A DNA stretch of 64,000 nt from the human T2T-CHM13v2.0 reference genome, Homo sapiens. This document shows, piece after piece, positions 1 through 26,247 of the stretch. Below the pieces are notes generated by a model. It had not been told where the DNA came from. It searched no databases and saw only the letters and a list, made by a program, of their open reading frames with translations. The stretch lies in assembly GCF_009914755.1 (NCBI RefSeq), contig NC_060926.1. One strand, written 5' to 3'. Position numbers and translations under genes: made by a program. The number at the start of each line of letters is the position of its first letter. Within the stretch, counting starts at the first letter, position 1.

Positions 1-379
1 ACACTTTACTGACTGGGGTGGTCTAAAGAGCCCTGCCAGTCACGTGGTGAACATGCTGTGGTGCTGCCAGCCCAAAGCAGATGTTTCCTTGCCTTTCCTG
101 AAAATTCTCCAAAACAGACTGCTTGTGGGCCCCCTCCAAACTTCACCCAGATCCCCACCGGAGGCTGAGGGTGACCACAGGGAAAAGTGAACCTCCCCTC
201 CACTCTCCTGCCAATGTAATCCAATGACTGCTCAGAGCAGAAGGCAATAGTGGTTGTAGTAGTGAGCAGAGCTGGGGAGAGGAAGGCTGGGTGGGGATCA
301 GGGCACCAAGGAGCAGGCAGCTAGTCACTGAGAACCTGTAGGGGAAGGCATGCAGGTGGGCTCCAAGTCCCTGGTGCAT

Positions 380-800
<421 letters not shown>

Positions 801-1096
801 AAGTGGAATTTGAGCAACTATGTTGATTGGAGTATAATTGGCCCCCGGACATGTCTGACTTTAGAGGGCATGGTACTTGTGACTCGGTGGTTTCTGAGGG
901 CTATCCTTCTTGGTTGTATGCTAGTTGTTCTTGCAAATATCCATAAATGTCTCATTCACGATTTTTCTTTTAAGTGGTTTAAATCTCTCTAGAATGTCTT
1001 ACAATTCTTTACAAAATAGGCAATGAATAGATGCCAATCTTTTTGTAAAAAAAGAAAAAAACAATTTCATAATACACATTTATTAAACTTGCAAAA

Positions 1097-1097
<1 letters not shown>

Positions 1098-1137
<40 letters not shown>
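1098..1137. repeat. (TA)n microsatellite at an Alu tail
   Basis: About 20 perfect TA units. Confidence 0.95.
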
Positions 1138-1142
<5 letters not shown>

Positions 1143-1252
1143 AAACATGGTCTCTCACTCTGTCGCCTAGGCTGGAGTGCAGTAGCATGATCATTGCTCA
1201 CTGCAGCCTCAACCTCCAGGGCTCAAGTGATCCTCCCACCTCAGCCTCCTGA

Positions 1253-1435
<183 letters not shown>

Positions 1436-2489
1436 TAATACACTAAAAATCTCTTTTCTTAAACCATTTCACTCATGAAACTCTTACTTTCCTGTATATT
1501 AACCATAATTGCCAGAAAATTTTCTGCTGGAAGTTAAAATGATGTTTTCCCCTGAAATATCATTATAAAACCCTATGAAATATTTCAGTGATATGAATCA
1601 TTCACTTAGTCATATGGGTAGACATTTAGATAATAGAAGTAGTTAACAGAAATCTGTGAGAAATATATATTGTTAATTCCTGTGGAGGAGGAAGGAAGAA
1701 ATCCTACTGAAATATTTTAATTGTAGTTAAATTCAGTGTTCCCTGCCATTTTAAAATATCAAGATTATTCTGTTCTACTCCTTTCCTTCCAAGAGGATAC
1801 ATGAAATAACTTTGATAAAATCATGAATCAGTTTTTGTTTGCTGTTAACCTCTTCTGTATTCTATTTCATGAAAATAGCAATTGGTGGCCAAGAATACCC
1901 TTATTCTTATCAACCTTGCACTACATAAATGAGACATTATTACCAAGCATCATAGTATTCAGTTAGCAATTTTGTCAAAGTATAATCTCTTTGTTTGCAA
2001 TATTATTGCAATGGACAAGAAACAAATTGTTTTTTAAAAAATTAGCAAGGTTTGAAAATTATAAATTTGATAGGTCAGTTAATATTTAGCATCAGGTTCT
2101 AATGGTATTAATGTGTAATCAGAAAAACTATTACATTTCAAACTCTGTAATTCATATTATTAAATGAAGGTTAGTATACTTTTCAGTAATAAAAACCCAG
2201 TTAATACATTTTGAAGCTTGAAGTTTAAGAAAATCTTCAACATAATTTAAAACAAAAATATGAATAGGCTAGACACAGTGGCTCGTGCCTGCAGACCCAG
2301 CTACTTGGGAGGCTAGGGCAGGAGAATGAGGTGGGTGGATCACCCAGGAGCTTGAGGCTGCAGTGAGCTAAAATGGCACCACTACACTCTAGCCTGGGAG
2401 ACAGAGCAAGACCCTGTCTCTAAAAAAATAAATAAATACAAATTTAAATATAAATAAACTATTTTTGAAAGATACATTTTCTATCCTAT

Positions 2490-3853
<1,364 letters not shown>

Positions 3854-3859
3854 TTTTCT

Positions 3860-11531
<7,672 letters not shown>

Positions 11532-11649
11532 AGAAGTAACCTTTTTTTTTTTTTTTAAATTAAAAGAGGTTATGTAATGGATGTTCAATAGGCATTATTA
11601 ATGTTTATGTGCATTATTGAAGTACTGCACTTACAGAGTTAAAGTAGAA

Positions 11650-11885
11650 GTGTGATTTAGCATGGTATAATGGAAAAGAAAAACATGAAAAAAATCAAAA
11701 CCAGGTATAATTGCTAACTCCCTGATTTCCAAGTATATTTGGTTAGTTTGTTTCTCTAAACCTTGGTTTTTGAATCTGGAAATGAGGATCATAAAACCTA
11801 CTTTGCATTTAGTTGTGAAGATTAATTTATGTGAAATGCAGAATGAATGCCTGACACACAGTAGGCATTGAACACATGTTAATTA
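11650..11885 (+). mobile_element. MIR fragment
   Basis: Core motif atctggaaatgaggatcataaaacctac...gttgtgaagattaa...gcctgacacacagtagg. Confidence 0.6.
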
Positions 11886-13798
11886 CTCTAATTTTGCCCC
11901 GTCTCCCTCCACAGCTGTTAAAGACTTTTGAGAGGGCAAAACATGCTATACTACTGAAGGCTTTTATTTAATTAAATAACTTACCGACAGTAGCATAGTA
12001 TCAACACAGAGCTTAATACAGCGTCCTAAAAGCCAGTGTTATTGATAACAATGATCGAAACATACAGAAAATAAATGTAAATTGGAGGTTTTCCAGGCAT
12101 GTGAAATATTATGTAATTTATATGTAAATTGCACCACCAACTACCCAAGTGCCCAAGCCAGCAATCTTACCACCAACATTGACTCCTGTCTTGCATTAAC
12201 TTCCATATTTAACCATTCACCAACCTGTATTGATTTTACCTACTAAATATTTATTACTCCATCCATTTCTTTGCATCTCCTCTCCCTGGAGATCACCATC
12301 ATTTCTTAGCTGGATTGATTTCATAATCCTCAAACTAGTGTCTGCCTTGAGCATTGTTTCCCTGGTCTTTTCTCCATAGTGCATCCATCCTGAATTTATC
12401 TGATGAATACGTGAACATTTTGAATTTTCCAAGATATGAGGGAGGTCAGTCAGTATATAACGATTATATATTGTAATTTGATATTTGTTTGACCCATTTT
12501 TAGCCTGAAATGAGCAGCAACATGTTCTTATAAAGGAGATAGGCTGAATGTGTGTGGTGGCTCATACCTGTAATCTTAGCACTTTGGGAGGCCGAGGTGG
12601 GCGGATCACCTGAGGTCAGGATTTCAAGATCAGCCTGGCCAACATGGTGGAACCCCATCTCTACCAAAAATACAAAAATTAGCCTGGCGTGGTGGCGGGT
12701 GCCTGTAGTCCCAGTTACTAGGGAGGCTGAGGCAAGAGAATTGCTTGAACCTGAGGGGCAGAGATTACAGTGAGCCAAGATTGCACCACTGCACTCCAGC
12801 CTGGGTGACAGAGTGAGATGTTCATCTAAAAATAAAAAATAAAAAAAAGTAAAAAAAAAAAGATGCCTATTAAATCATATACAAAATTAATTGTTTTTAT
12901 GCATTTTTAATTTTTTTTTCAGAGACAAAGGTCTATGTTGCCCCATACTGGTCTCAAACTCCAGGGCTGAAGTGATCCTCCTGTCTCAGTCTCCTGAGTA
13001 GGTAGGACTCCAGGCACGAGCCACCCTGTCCTGCTAGAAGTTATGGTTTTTAAAGGTAAGATGTGCTTCTATTACATGGGACTTAGAAGGGGCTAATAAT
13101 TTTTAAAACACTGGAATAAATTTAAGAAAGATATTTTTTTAAGATGGGTTATAACTTCACAACCTCATACATGGGTATATTAGATTTGTATAATTTTGAA
13201 AATCTTCTTGTACTAAAGCTCTTAAATATGGCTTCTTAGAGCAATGAGTTTGCTTATTTACGTTTATAAGAAGTTCATGTGAAGTGTGTACAACTATTAT
13301 AATTGTAACTCTCTAAGGGCTTGAAAATGCACTTTTATCATATCAGTTCATCTGAAAAACTGTAAAATTGAACAGATTTCAATTACCTTCATCAGCTTAA
13401 ACAATGGAGAAGTAGTGGAAGATTTTCATGAGGTACACAATCTCATCCTTGAACCTAATAACTATATACTCTTTTACAGATTTTGTAGTTATCCTTTTTT
13501 GCTTAATCAATCTTGGTGGCAGCAAAGTGTTTTGTTTATGTCCTTGCATCTCAGATTCTGCTGTGTACAAAGCACCTCTCTAGATGGAGTTTCCCAGCTG
13601 CCAGAAATTGGAATCATAGACTTTTTGAGCCAGAAGGGCCGTTTCATAGGCATCAGCTGGGAACTTGTTAAACCTACATTAATAAATTGGGCCAGACCAA
13701 CTGAATAAAGAACTCTGGAGGTGTGGTCCAGCAATCTGGTTTAGAAAGCCCTCCAGGTGATTCCAAACCACACTCAAGTTTCAGAATTCCTGACCTGA

Positions 13799-13930
<132 letters not shown>

Positions 13931-14745
13931 TGAGTAGCTGGGATTACAGGCACCCGCTTCCACACCCAGCTAATTTTTGTATTTTTAGTAGAGACGGGGT
14001 TTCACCATGTTGGCCAGGCTGGTCTCGAACTCCTGACCTCAGCTGATCCACCTGTGTCGGCCTCCCAAAGTGCTGGAATTACAGGCGAGAGCCACCGTGC
14101 CCGGCCTCACCCTTTGATTTCTTGATAAGGAAACTAGGTCCAAAGAGATTGTCACTAATTAGAGAAAATACTAGAATCTTTTCTAGGTAATTTCTAGAAT
14201 GACGAAACATCCCAGAGGGAAATTTGTTTATTAGGCTAATTGCTAAGCCATAGTTGAAAAAATGCTGGGTGGGAATAAGTAATGATAGGGGAAGAGTCTG
14301 TCTACCATTTAACTCACCTGATGAGCTTCTTCAACATTATTTTTTGATCTATTGAAGTTTAGTCTGAAAGAAAAGTTTGCTTCATCTAACATTTGTTTTA
14401 TTCACTTGATTATTCATATGTCGTATTCACTGAAGCAAGTTGATGTGTCATTTAAATAACTACTCATTTCCATCACTCATGCTCTCAAACTAATGAATCT
14501 TAGTGTGTGTGACCCTGCAGCTTTCATTTTTAACAAGCTCCTCACACTGAAGTTTGAGAACCACTACTACAGAAGATGGTTAAAGTGCTTAAGAATAAAA
14601 CTAGTTGGACTAGACCAACATTTTCAATATCCTTTAATTTAGGTTCCACAGTGAAAACTCATACATTCTGCTAATGTATGTATCATGAAGCCAATATAAC
14701 ATTAGGGTTTGCTCCAGATATTTGTAATGATATGGTATTAAAGTG

Positions 14746-15046
14746 ATTTTTTTTTTTTTTGAGACGGAGTCTCGCTCTGTCGCCCAGGCTGGAGTGCAGT
14801 GGCACGATCTCCGCTCACTGCAAGCTCTTCTCCCAGGATGACGCCATTCTTCTGCCTCAGCTTCCCGAGTAGCTGGGACTACAGGCGCCCGCCACCATGC
14901 CCAGCTAATTTTTTTATTTTTATTTTTAGTAGAGACGGGTTTTCACTGTGTTAGCCAGGATGGTCTCGATCTCCTGACCTCGTGATCCGCCCGCCTCGGC
15001 CTCCCAAAGTGCTGGGATTACAGGCGTGAACCACCGCGCCCGTCCT
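14746..15046 (-). mobile_element. AluY, CpG-rich, ~0.9 kb upstream of the CpG island
   Basis: AluY-type features (gcaagctc, ttagccaggatggtctcgatctcctgacctcgtgatccgcccgcc); flanking duplication taaagtgattttttt. Confidence 0.88.
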
Positions 15047-16254
15047 AAAGTGATTTTTTTTTGAAAGTATAAGTTTCCTCATCATCTGAATGAAAAAAAT
15101 TCACTGTAGGAGGGCCAAGAGATCACCAGATTAAGAAAAGTGTTGAAACAATGGATCTTGTTCTAACTACACAAGTCTAAGATGGTACTGCCTGGAATCA
15201 ACTTTGATTTTCCACAGCACAAATAAAGGTCATGGCTTCATATCTCAGCAATGGTCAGGAGTTTTAGTTTTTCCAGATTACATTGTGTGGGGTAGTCTGA
15301 TTTAGGAAAACAAGACACAGTATCTGGAGAATAAAAACAGAATTATAACTCTGCAAGAGGAAAATTATCTGCCTTGAATTTTTGTAGCACTTAATGTTTT
15401 TTCAAGGTATTTTCATAATAAACGTTGATTTTATCTATGTAACAGCCCTGTGAAGAAGGCAATTACTACTAGCAAAATCGTTTTCAAAATTTTAAATACT
15501 GAATCCATGAATAGGAAAAAGGACAGCGAAGTTGATAGCATTAGAGAAATGACAGAAAAGGTTATGAGTGAGGAAGCGAATCATAGAAATGGCAAACATA
15601 AAAAGCTGAGGCCCACGGCACCGCAAACCAGGAGAGAAAGGGGCTAATCTGGCAGGGGAGAACAGCGTTAGTGGGGAAGTGCAAAGAGGCAGGGGCGCAG
15701 GAAAGCTGGGGTTAGGAAACTGCAATTCACTGCAACAAAGAGGATGAGGTCAAATCTGAGAAAAATGAAGTCAGGTGGCATTGAAAGCTGCGTGGAAGTT
15801 TTATTCCTGCCCTGTTGAGGTGTGATCTTTCACAGAGGAGGGTCCCAAGAGTGGAGGCTGTGCCCTCCTTCGGCCTCCCGTCAGCAGCAGAGGGAGAAAA
15901 GCCTCGAGAAGTTCCCTAGGCCGATGACCTCCATGGGGACGGAGCCGAGATGAGTCCCGGAGGGAGCCGGCAGGAAGCCAGCTGAGCAGGGTGGTGTGTT
16001 CCCGCCGGGCTAACAAAGGCCGCCGGGAGGTGGGGGCTTCTCCAGCCGCTCCAGCGGCGGGCGGGCGGCGGAAGGGTTAACTGCACCACCAACTCCCGCG
16101 CGCATCCCGGCCCCTACCCCCGCCGTCGCTAGGAGACGCCGGAAGTGGGGGAGGGGCCGGCGGCGCGGGCGAGGGTGGGAATCTTTTTCGGGCTCCCGGG
16201 GGCGGAGGGAAGGGAGCGCGCGTGCGCGCGCCCGGCCGGCCGTCGCCGCGGTGA

Positions 16255-16698
<444 letters not shown>

Positions 16699-19277
16699 TG
16701 AGGGCTGGGGCTGGTGAATGGGTGGGAATTCTCCGGCTGGAGAAACTGCATTTTAAAAACCTTTAAAAAAGCGGTGAAGCAGTTCTCGGCGTGGTGCGTG
16801 TGTCGCGTCCCGCCTCCTCGCCGCTCCCGCCCTCGGCCGCCCCCGCACTCCGCGCCGGTCAGCGTTCCGGATGGCGGAGGGGGCGGAGAGTGGCATTTTC
16901 TGTTTGACGGAATCCTGCTCCCCACCTTAGGGTAGGGGTGTCGCGGGTGTTGACGGGTTACCTCCATCCCCCAAATTCTGGATGATTTTTAAGGGGTTAT
17001 CTTGCTGCAGAGTGAAGTGCTTCAGGCTTCAGTTTTCTGTTCCTGTGAATGCTTCAGAAACCCTTTCTTAATATTTTATGTTCTAAAGGGGATACGGTAG
17101 AAGAGCAGCAGTTTCTTGTTGGAAGTTAATGCCATTTTTTTCCCTATGGAGAAGGATGATGAGCTGATTCCCCCCTCCCTCCTAGTTCTGTTAGAATAGG
17201 CAGTTTTCCTGGGGGTGGGAGGAGGACAGACTATGACTGTTTCTTAGAGAGATGGGAAGATGAACCTCCTGGTTTAATTTTTTTTTTTTTTTTTTTTTTT
17301 TTTACCGTGATGGATCGTTTGGCTCAAGGGCTGATAGTGGTAGGGGCGTGTGTATGGAGGCGGGGGATACCGGATGGTATGAGATCCAGCTGCTCCTGGA
17401 TGAAGCAAAATATTCTGTGGATTAAAAAAATCCTTCTTTAAAAATTACTTGAAAGGATAGCAGGTTAAAAGGCACAGTTTGCAAAATCTAAAATCTTTTG
17501 CTTTTTTTTTTATGGTTATTTTGAATTATGGGTTCTGCCTCCATTTTTTTTCTTTCCCGTTTAAATTCTCTTGGGATAAAGATGGAAATGGAAGCAATAT
17601 GTTAAACTGTTTCTTCACAGTCTTTTTTTTTTTCCTTTTTTCTTGCTCCCACCTCCATCTCTCCAGGGATCCTTCTTTTTTCTTTTCTTTTTGAGACACA
17701 ACCTCGTTCTGTAGTCCAGGTTGGAGTGCAGTGGCGCGATCTCGGCTCACTGAAACCTCGGCCTCCTAGGTTTGAGCAATTCTCATGCTTCAGCTTCCCG
17801 AGTAGCTGGGACTACAGGCGCCCGCCACCACAGCCGGCTAATTTTTGTATTTTTAGTAAAGATGGGGTTTCACCATGTTGACCAGACTGGTCTCGAACTC
17901 CTGACTTCAAGTCATCCACCCACCTCGGCCTCCCAAAGTGCTGGGATTATAGGCGTGAGGCACCTTTCTTAACATTAGCTATATAGGAAAGCATTTTCAT
18001 GTCTTAGTGTAAATTTTAAAAAACAGGTGTTACAATTTTATAGGTTCATAAATTTTGTAATGGCCACATTGTTGATCGCGGAAGTGAGATTTTGTTTGAT
18101 TAGACATACTGTTATCTTGTAGACAACATTTGTATTTGAGAATGAACCACTGTATAAACCTGTTCCTTCGAAAGAGGCAGTTGACTATGGCTACTAGGAA
18201 AGGAATGTAGGCAAGATTAATACAAAAAAATACAAATGTCCACTTGTAATGTACTTTGCTGATACAAGTGGGGTAGAAAAGATTCAGAGGTTCAGGCCTG
18301 GGCGATAAGAGTGAGACTACATATCAAAAAAAAAAAAAAAAAAGATTCACTTGCTCAATTTTTCGCTAAAATTGAAAGTCTTTTATGGCCTAGAACTGTG
18401 TGAGGGGTGGATGGTACATACCTAGTAGGAGAGGCTGATCTTGGAGGAAATTAATACCATGTAGTTAATTTATACTCTGTAGTGCACTGCTGGTACCAAG
18501 GAGGACTGGAGGAAGCAATGCTGTTCTGAGGGATTTCACAATCTCTAGTAGAGGCAAAACCTAAAGGAATGAAGTGGTAATTCCATTGCCTTGTGCAGCA
18601 TATTATGGGGAAAGAGTTGCAGGTCAGAAGAGAAACTGAGGGTGGAAAAGTGGATTGCAATTATTACCAGTAAGAAATAAAAAATAAACAGATTTCTCTC
18701 TCTTTTGCAAGATGATTTCTTATTGTAATTTGAAGGTACAAGTTCCTCTTAAGTTATAATTGCTATATAAAGGTAAAAGGATAAGGATTATTAAAGCTGA
18801 AAGGTTAAAGGCATCAGCAGTTTTCTTTTTAAATATTTTATACATTTCCTTCAGTTGAAAAGAGAAAAACGGTACTACTATCAATCTCTGTTTTAGCAAT
18901 GGGACTCAAAATTTAGTGTGGTGACATTTTAAAATTTAAAGCATAAATATTGATTAATATTAATTTAATAGAAATGAACTTAGATTTTAAAATAGTTTAT
19001 TTCTTCAGTTTAGCATCTGAAGTATATTTTACACTTTCTCTTTTTTGATTATCATTTATTTTAGGATGCCTTAGGTATATAATTGGTACACTCTCAGGAT
19101 GATAGCTCTTATATGATTTGTTGATTTGTTGGGAAAGTTGATAAATAGAACGTGGTGACAGTGGATTTGTGCTGATCCAGCTGTACATTTGGTTGACCAG
19201 CAGGGGTTTTGATGCTGCCTGGACCCTGCAGTAGATGAAAGTTAATTCACAGGATCAGTGATCAAATGGTCAATTTA

Positions 19278-19614
<337 letters not shown>

Positions 19615-19729
19615 TAGCATCATGTCTTAGCCACTAGCTCGAGTTAACTAACCCAACACTCATTTTATTGTGTGGAAATGTAATTTTTGCCTATAAAGTA
19701 GAAAAAAATCTGTTTATCATGTGTAATAA

Positions 19730-20062
<333 letters not shown>

Positions 20063-20344
20063 TAATAAAAATTTAGATAGTTTCATTATTCTAACCTCTA
20101 GAAAATGGGATAGTCAATATTTTTTCTAAAATATGATAAACAGGTATAACTACAGTTTGCTGATATTTATCAGATCAATTTTATTTCTTGCCTATACAAA
20201 GGATTTAGTAGTTGGTAGAGACTTTTTTTTGAGATACATGTAAGACCTGCGTTTTTCTTCATTTATTAATATACACACCTAGGCCGGGCACGGTGGCCCA
20301 CGCCTGTAATCCCAGCACTTTGGGAGGCCGAGGCAGGCACATCA

Positions 20345-20650
<306 letters not shown>

Positions 20651-22623
20651 TTACAAATAGAAGAATTTTTATTACAATATAGTTGTCTTAATGTTTTGGT
20701 AGATGAAATAACTCCCTATTTGTTACTTCCCTGAAATCTGAAAAGCCAACTTGTTGATATGTACGTTTTTCTTTTTGTTAGATAAAAGTTACTGATTTTT
20801 GTGAGTGACAGTTCACATAGATGCATAGTAAAATCTTATTGTTTGGATTAAGAGTAGAATCATCCCATAATATGGATTTATTCAAAAGAGAAGAAATTAA
20901 GAACTTACCTTAAATTTTTACCTGAAATATTTTTGAACAATAGGAGACATATTAGTAGCTTTCCTTTTCTTCTCTTAATCAATGTGGATACTCCCAGAGT
21001 TCACTAAAAACTTCATGAGAGGTTTACAAGGGAATATTATCAGTCAGTTTCATCAAAAGTAATTACCAAAATGATACAAAGATTTAAAATTTTTATTTAA
21101 TAAAAATCATTAGAATACATGCTCATTGTTGAAAAATTATTGGAGAATACAAGTAGGTATTATGAAAGAAATGGAAAATTGCCCGATCATCTTGAATATA
21201 TATCTGGTACTCATACTTTTAAATATTTTTTGTATGCACAACTATATATCAATATTTTTGTAGAAATGGGTTTATGTTCTATATTCTGTACCTTTAAAAG
21301 AACCTTTTAAGGATGCTGGGCTTGACTTTTTTTTAAATGGATGTCATATACTATATTGGGAGGAGGTTGGTTATATTTATAGGTCGAGTTCTGTATGTTC
21401 TTGCAAATGGGAGAATCTTAGAATACCTAGAATGAAGGAGAAAGAGGTCAGTTGAGAGTAAGGAGACTGAGTAGAATTTGGGAGACTGAATTCCCCATAG
21501 ATTAAGATGACTCAACTCATTTGAAATTGATCAAGGCTTACCATTCCTCAAGAAATTAGTCCCTAACTCTCAGCAGAGACATTTGGTGAATAGATTTTCA
21601 GTGACAAATCAGTCATCTTCAAGACCTTTGACAAGATTGCAAAAACAGGCTAATTTATATTTGAGCCCCTTGCTCTTTTAAACATTTTGTCATTTGTACA
21701 CTTCCTACACCTTCTTGTCCAAGGAACTTAAGTGACCTCATAATTTCCGTTATTGATCCAGGAAATCCAGTCTCACCTCATTTCACCCTTCCTTGAAGAG
21801 CTTCCTGGTTCAAAATTGCTCTTTACCAAAATAATTAATTAATAAACTGTTCATTTATTTTTTCTTTTCTTTTTTCTTTCTTTCTTTTTTTTTTTGAGAT
21901 GGAGTCTCACTCCTTTGCCCAGGTTAGAGTGCAGTGGCGTGATCTTCGCTCACTACAACCTCCGGCTCCTGGGTTCAAGCAATTCTCCTGCTTCAGCCTC
22001 CTGAGTAGTTGGGACTACAGGCATGTGTCAGCATACCCAGCTAATTTTTGTATTTTTAGTAAAGACAGGGTTTCTCCATGTTGGCCAGGCTGGTCTCGAA
22101 TTCCTGACCTCAAGTGATCCACCCGCCTTGGCCTTCCACAGTGCTGGGATTACAGGTGTGAGCCATCGTGCCCAGCCTCATTTACTTTTTCTTCTTACCT
22201 TGGTATGGGTAATGTGAGAATGTATGATAGGTTTACTTTATTTAGAGTCATCTTTTCTCACCCAGAGAATAATATATAAACCAAATTGGTTTACTTATGT
22301 GTAAAATATGTAGTAGAGATATTTTTGAGCATGAGGTGCTTTTGGTGTTACTTTTTCTTTTAAAATGCAGGGAATTTAATAGTATGCAGTTTCAGGGTGT
22401 GTAAGGTAATCTTTTGGTGGATGAAATATATTTGGTGGATGAATATGCTGTGATTTGCTTACACCCACCCCAAATCCATTTTGCAGCACCCTACTCACTG
22501 TCCAGAGATTCTGGGAAAAAAACAATAGAGAAGACAAAGCCAGTCTAGACACCATTTGACTCTACCTTGTGAATATTCTGAAAGTTACATTAGGCTAGTT
22601 GTAGATTTTTTTTTTTTTTTTGA

Positions 22624-22836
<213 letters not shown>

Positions 22837-23744
22837 TGATCCGCCCGCCTCGGCCTCCCAAAGTGCTGGGATTACAGCGTAAGCCACCGTGCCTGGCCTA
22901 GTTGTAGACTTTTGATAGCTTATGGTTGAATTTTTATGGGATTGGTTAATAGATTGGATTCATGAGGTAGCATGTAGGGCAACACATTCTATTTTGGATT
23001 TTTCATTTACTTTGTGTTTCCTTCCAGATACGAAGCTCCTAGAAGATGGAGTCATTTCTTAAAAATTTCTATATTTTCCCATTAGCCGTAGGATGTTCTC
23101 CATATACTAGCCACTCATTAAATAGTTGCTGAATGTAAGAAATACAGACTTGAATATGCAAGAGCCTATGCACTGAATTATTTTTATTTTATTACTTTAT
23201 TTTATTTTATTTTTTGAGACAGGGTCTCACTCTGTCACTCAGGCTGGAGTGTAGTAGCACGATTATGGGTCACTGCAGCTTGCACTCCCAAGCTCAAACA
23301 GTCTTCACACTTCAGCTCCCAAAGTAGCTGGGACTACAGGCTTGTGCCACCATGCCCAGCTAATTTTTTTTGTTGTTGTTGTTAGAAATGGGATCTCACT
23401 ATGTTGCTCGGGCTGGTCTTGGAACACCTGGGCTCAAGCAATTCTCCTGCCTTGGCTTCCCAAAGTGCTGGGATTACACCTGTCAGCCGCCATGCCTGGC
23501 CTTGAATTATTTTATAAGTAGGATATAATTACATGTAAATTTACCTTGCAAGTTTTTTCCTATTTGATTTTTTGGTGACATTTATGTTCTGTAAAGTTTT
23601 GCAGTACTTTTCATATTTGCATAATTCATGCAAGGAACATAGTTTTGCTTTTTTCTTCTTAAGTAATATACTTTGTAGAAAATTTGGATGAGGTAACAGC
23701 TTTGTTTTGAATCATTTACAACATGAATTTTTTCTCATTTGATT

Positions 23745-24925
23745 TTTAAAGTCAGGTTTATTGAGTTTTAATACATATATGGTACAAGTCACCCTTTTTA
23801 GGTGTAAAGGTTTATGAATTACAATAAACTTACATAGTCATGTAACCACCACAATGTAAAATTTTCCTTGTACCCTCTGTAGTCAGTCCTGTCCCTCCAC
23901 TACTAGCCTTTGGTAAACACTGATATATTTTCTGTCCCTCTAGTTTTTGCCTTTTCCAGAATGCCATATAAGGGGCATTATGTAGTATATAGCCTTTTGT
24001 GTTTGACTTCTTGGTACTAGAAGTCCTAATACATTTGAAAATCATCAGTGTTATTGTGTTTTGTCAGTACTTTGTTCCTTCTTATTACTGAGTAATATTC
24101 TAGAGTATGAAAGAATCATAATTTGTTCATCCATTCACCAACTGATGGATTTCTGGATTGTTTCTAGTTTTAGGCAGTGGTGAATATGGCTGTAAACATT
24201 TGTATACAGGTGTTGGTGCAACCTAAGTCTTCACTCTTTTGGGTAAATTTAAGGGAACAGATCAACTGTTGTACCCTGGTGACAGTGGATGTATCCACAT
24301 AGGCTGCATAGGCCAGTGCTTGAACTGCATCTGATCTGAATCTTGGCCGAGCACTTTGTGATCCTCTTGGAATATAAGATTATGGAAGTTTGCGAGGACC
24401 TTATGTGAAGCCCTTTCTCAATCTCTTCATCTGCCGAGGAGGCTGTACGTGATAACAGTGCCTCATCACCTCCTAGTTCCCATGAGATGAGGCTCTCTGT
24501 TGTACCCTTTTAGGTAGTAGCTGCAGGCTGTAAGACTTTAGTTGCAGCATGGCATTGGCTCCTCCGCAACAGAGTGTCATATCTATGTTGTAGTCACCTG
24601 GCTCCTTTTGTTTTAGTATTGCTTTACACAAGGGCTGTATCTTTTACTACTATTCCTTCTGCCCTCCATGTAAATGGTAGGCTTTCTGAACCTAACAAGC
24701 AGTTGGGCAGGTCTATCACATTGCCTTCTCTTTGCCTTGACAATAAATATCTAATAGTGGGATTATTACCGTATGGTAAATGTATGTTTAGTTTTATACA
24801 AATTGCCAAACTCTTTTCCAAAAACGATGGTACCGTTTTGCGTTCCCACCAGCAAAGATCCAGTTGTTCTTCATCTTTGTCAGCATTTGGTTTTGTCAGG
24901 TTTTAAAATTTTAGCTATTCTCTTG
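23745..24925 (-). mobile_element. Old L1M 3' fragment, interrupted by a 495-bp insertion
   Basis: L1 3'-end antisense motifs (catccattcaccaactgatgga, gggtaaat...atctaatagtgggatt, cccaccagca). Confidence 0.8.
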
Positions 24926-25737
24926 TTAGTGATGTCTCAAAGGCCATATATGACAAGCCTACAACTAACATCATACTCAACCATGAAAAGTTGAAACCTT
25001 TTCCTCTAAGATCAGGAATAAGACAGTGGTGCCCAGTGTCACTAGTTCTATTTAATCAAGTACTGCAAAGTACTAGAAGTCCTAGCCAGCCAGTTAGGAA
25101 AGAAAAATAAACAAAAGGCATCAAAATTGGAAGAAGTTAAATTGTCTCTGTTTGCAAATGACATGATTCCTTATGTATACAAAACCCTAAAGACTCCACC
25201 AAAAGACTGTTAGAATTAATTAACGAATTTAGTAAAGTTGTAGGAGACAAGATCAACATACAAAAATCTGTTGTGTTTCTACATATTAACTACAAACGAT
25301 CTGAAAAATTAAGAAAACATTTCCATTTATAACAGCAGAAAGAATAGAATACTTAGGAATAAATGTAATCAAGGAGGTGAAAGGTCTGTACACTAAAAAC
25401 TATAAGACATTTATGAAAGTAATTGAAGAACATGCAAATAAATGGGAAGATATCCCGTGCTCATGAATTGGTAGATTTGATATTGTTAACATGTCCATAC
25501 TACACAAAGCCATCTACAGATTTAATGCAATCTCTATCAATATTCCAATGGTATTTTTCACAAAAATAGAAAAACCCTAAAATTCATAGGAAACCACAAA
25601 ATACTTTGAATAGCCAAAGCAGTTTTGAATAAGAACAAAGTTGGAGGTATCATACTTCCTGATTTCAAACTATATTACAAAGCTATAGGCCTGGCATGGT
25701 GGTTCATGCTTGTTATCCCAGCAGTTTGGGAGGCCTA

Positions 25738-25998
<261 letters not shown>

Positions 25999-26247
25999 TT
26001 ACTGGCATAAAAGACATGTAGACTAATGGAACAGAATGGAGCCCGGAAATGTACCCACATCTGTGCAGTCAACTAAGCTTTGATAAAGGCACCAGGTACA
26101 CAATGGGGAAAGGATAATTCAGTAAATGGTATTGGGAAAACTATATCCACATGCAAAAGAATGAAATTTGATTGTTATATCACACATACAAATTAGCTAG
26201 AAATGGATTAAAGACTTAAATGTAAGATCTGAAATTATAAAACTCTT

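Noticed and set aside
24249-24743. Specific assignment of the insert to bornavirus L protein from short motifs (LGGD.A, LGS)
   Set aside because: The matches are only a few residues and their spacing does not fit my recollection of the L sequence; a real search is needed.
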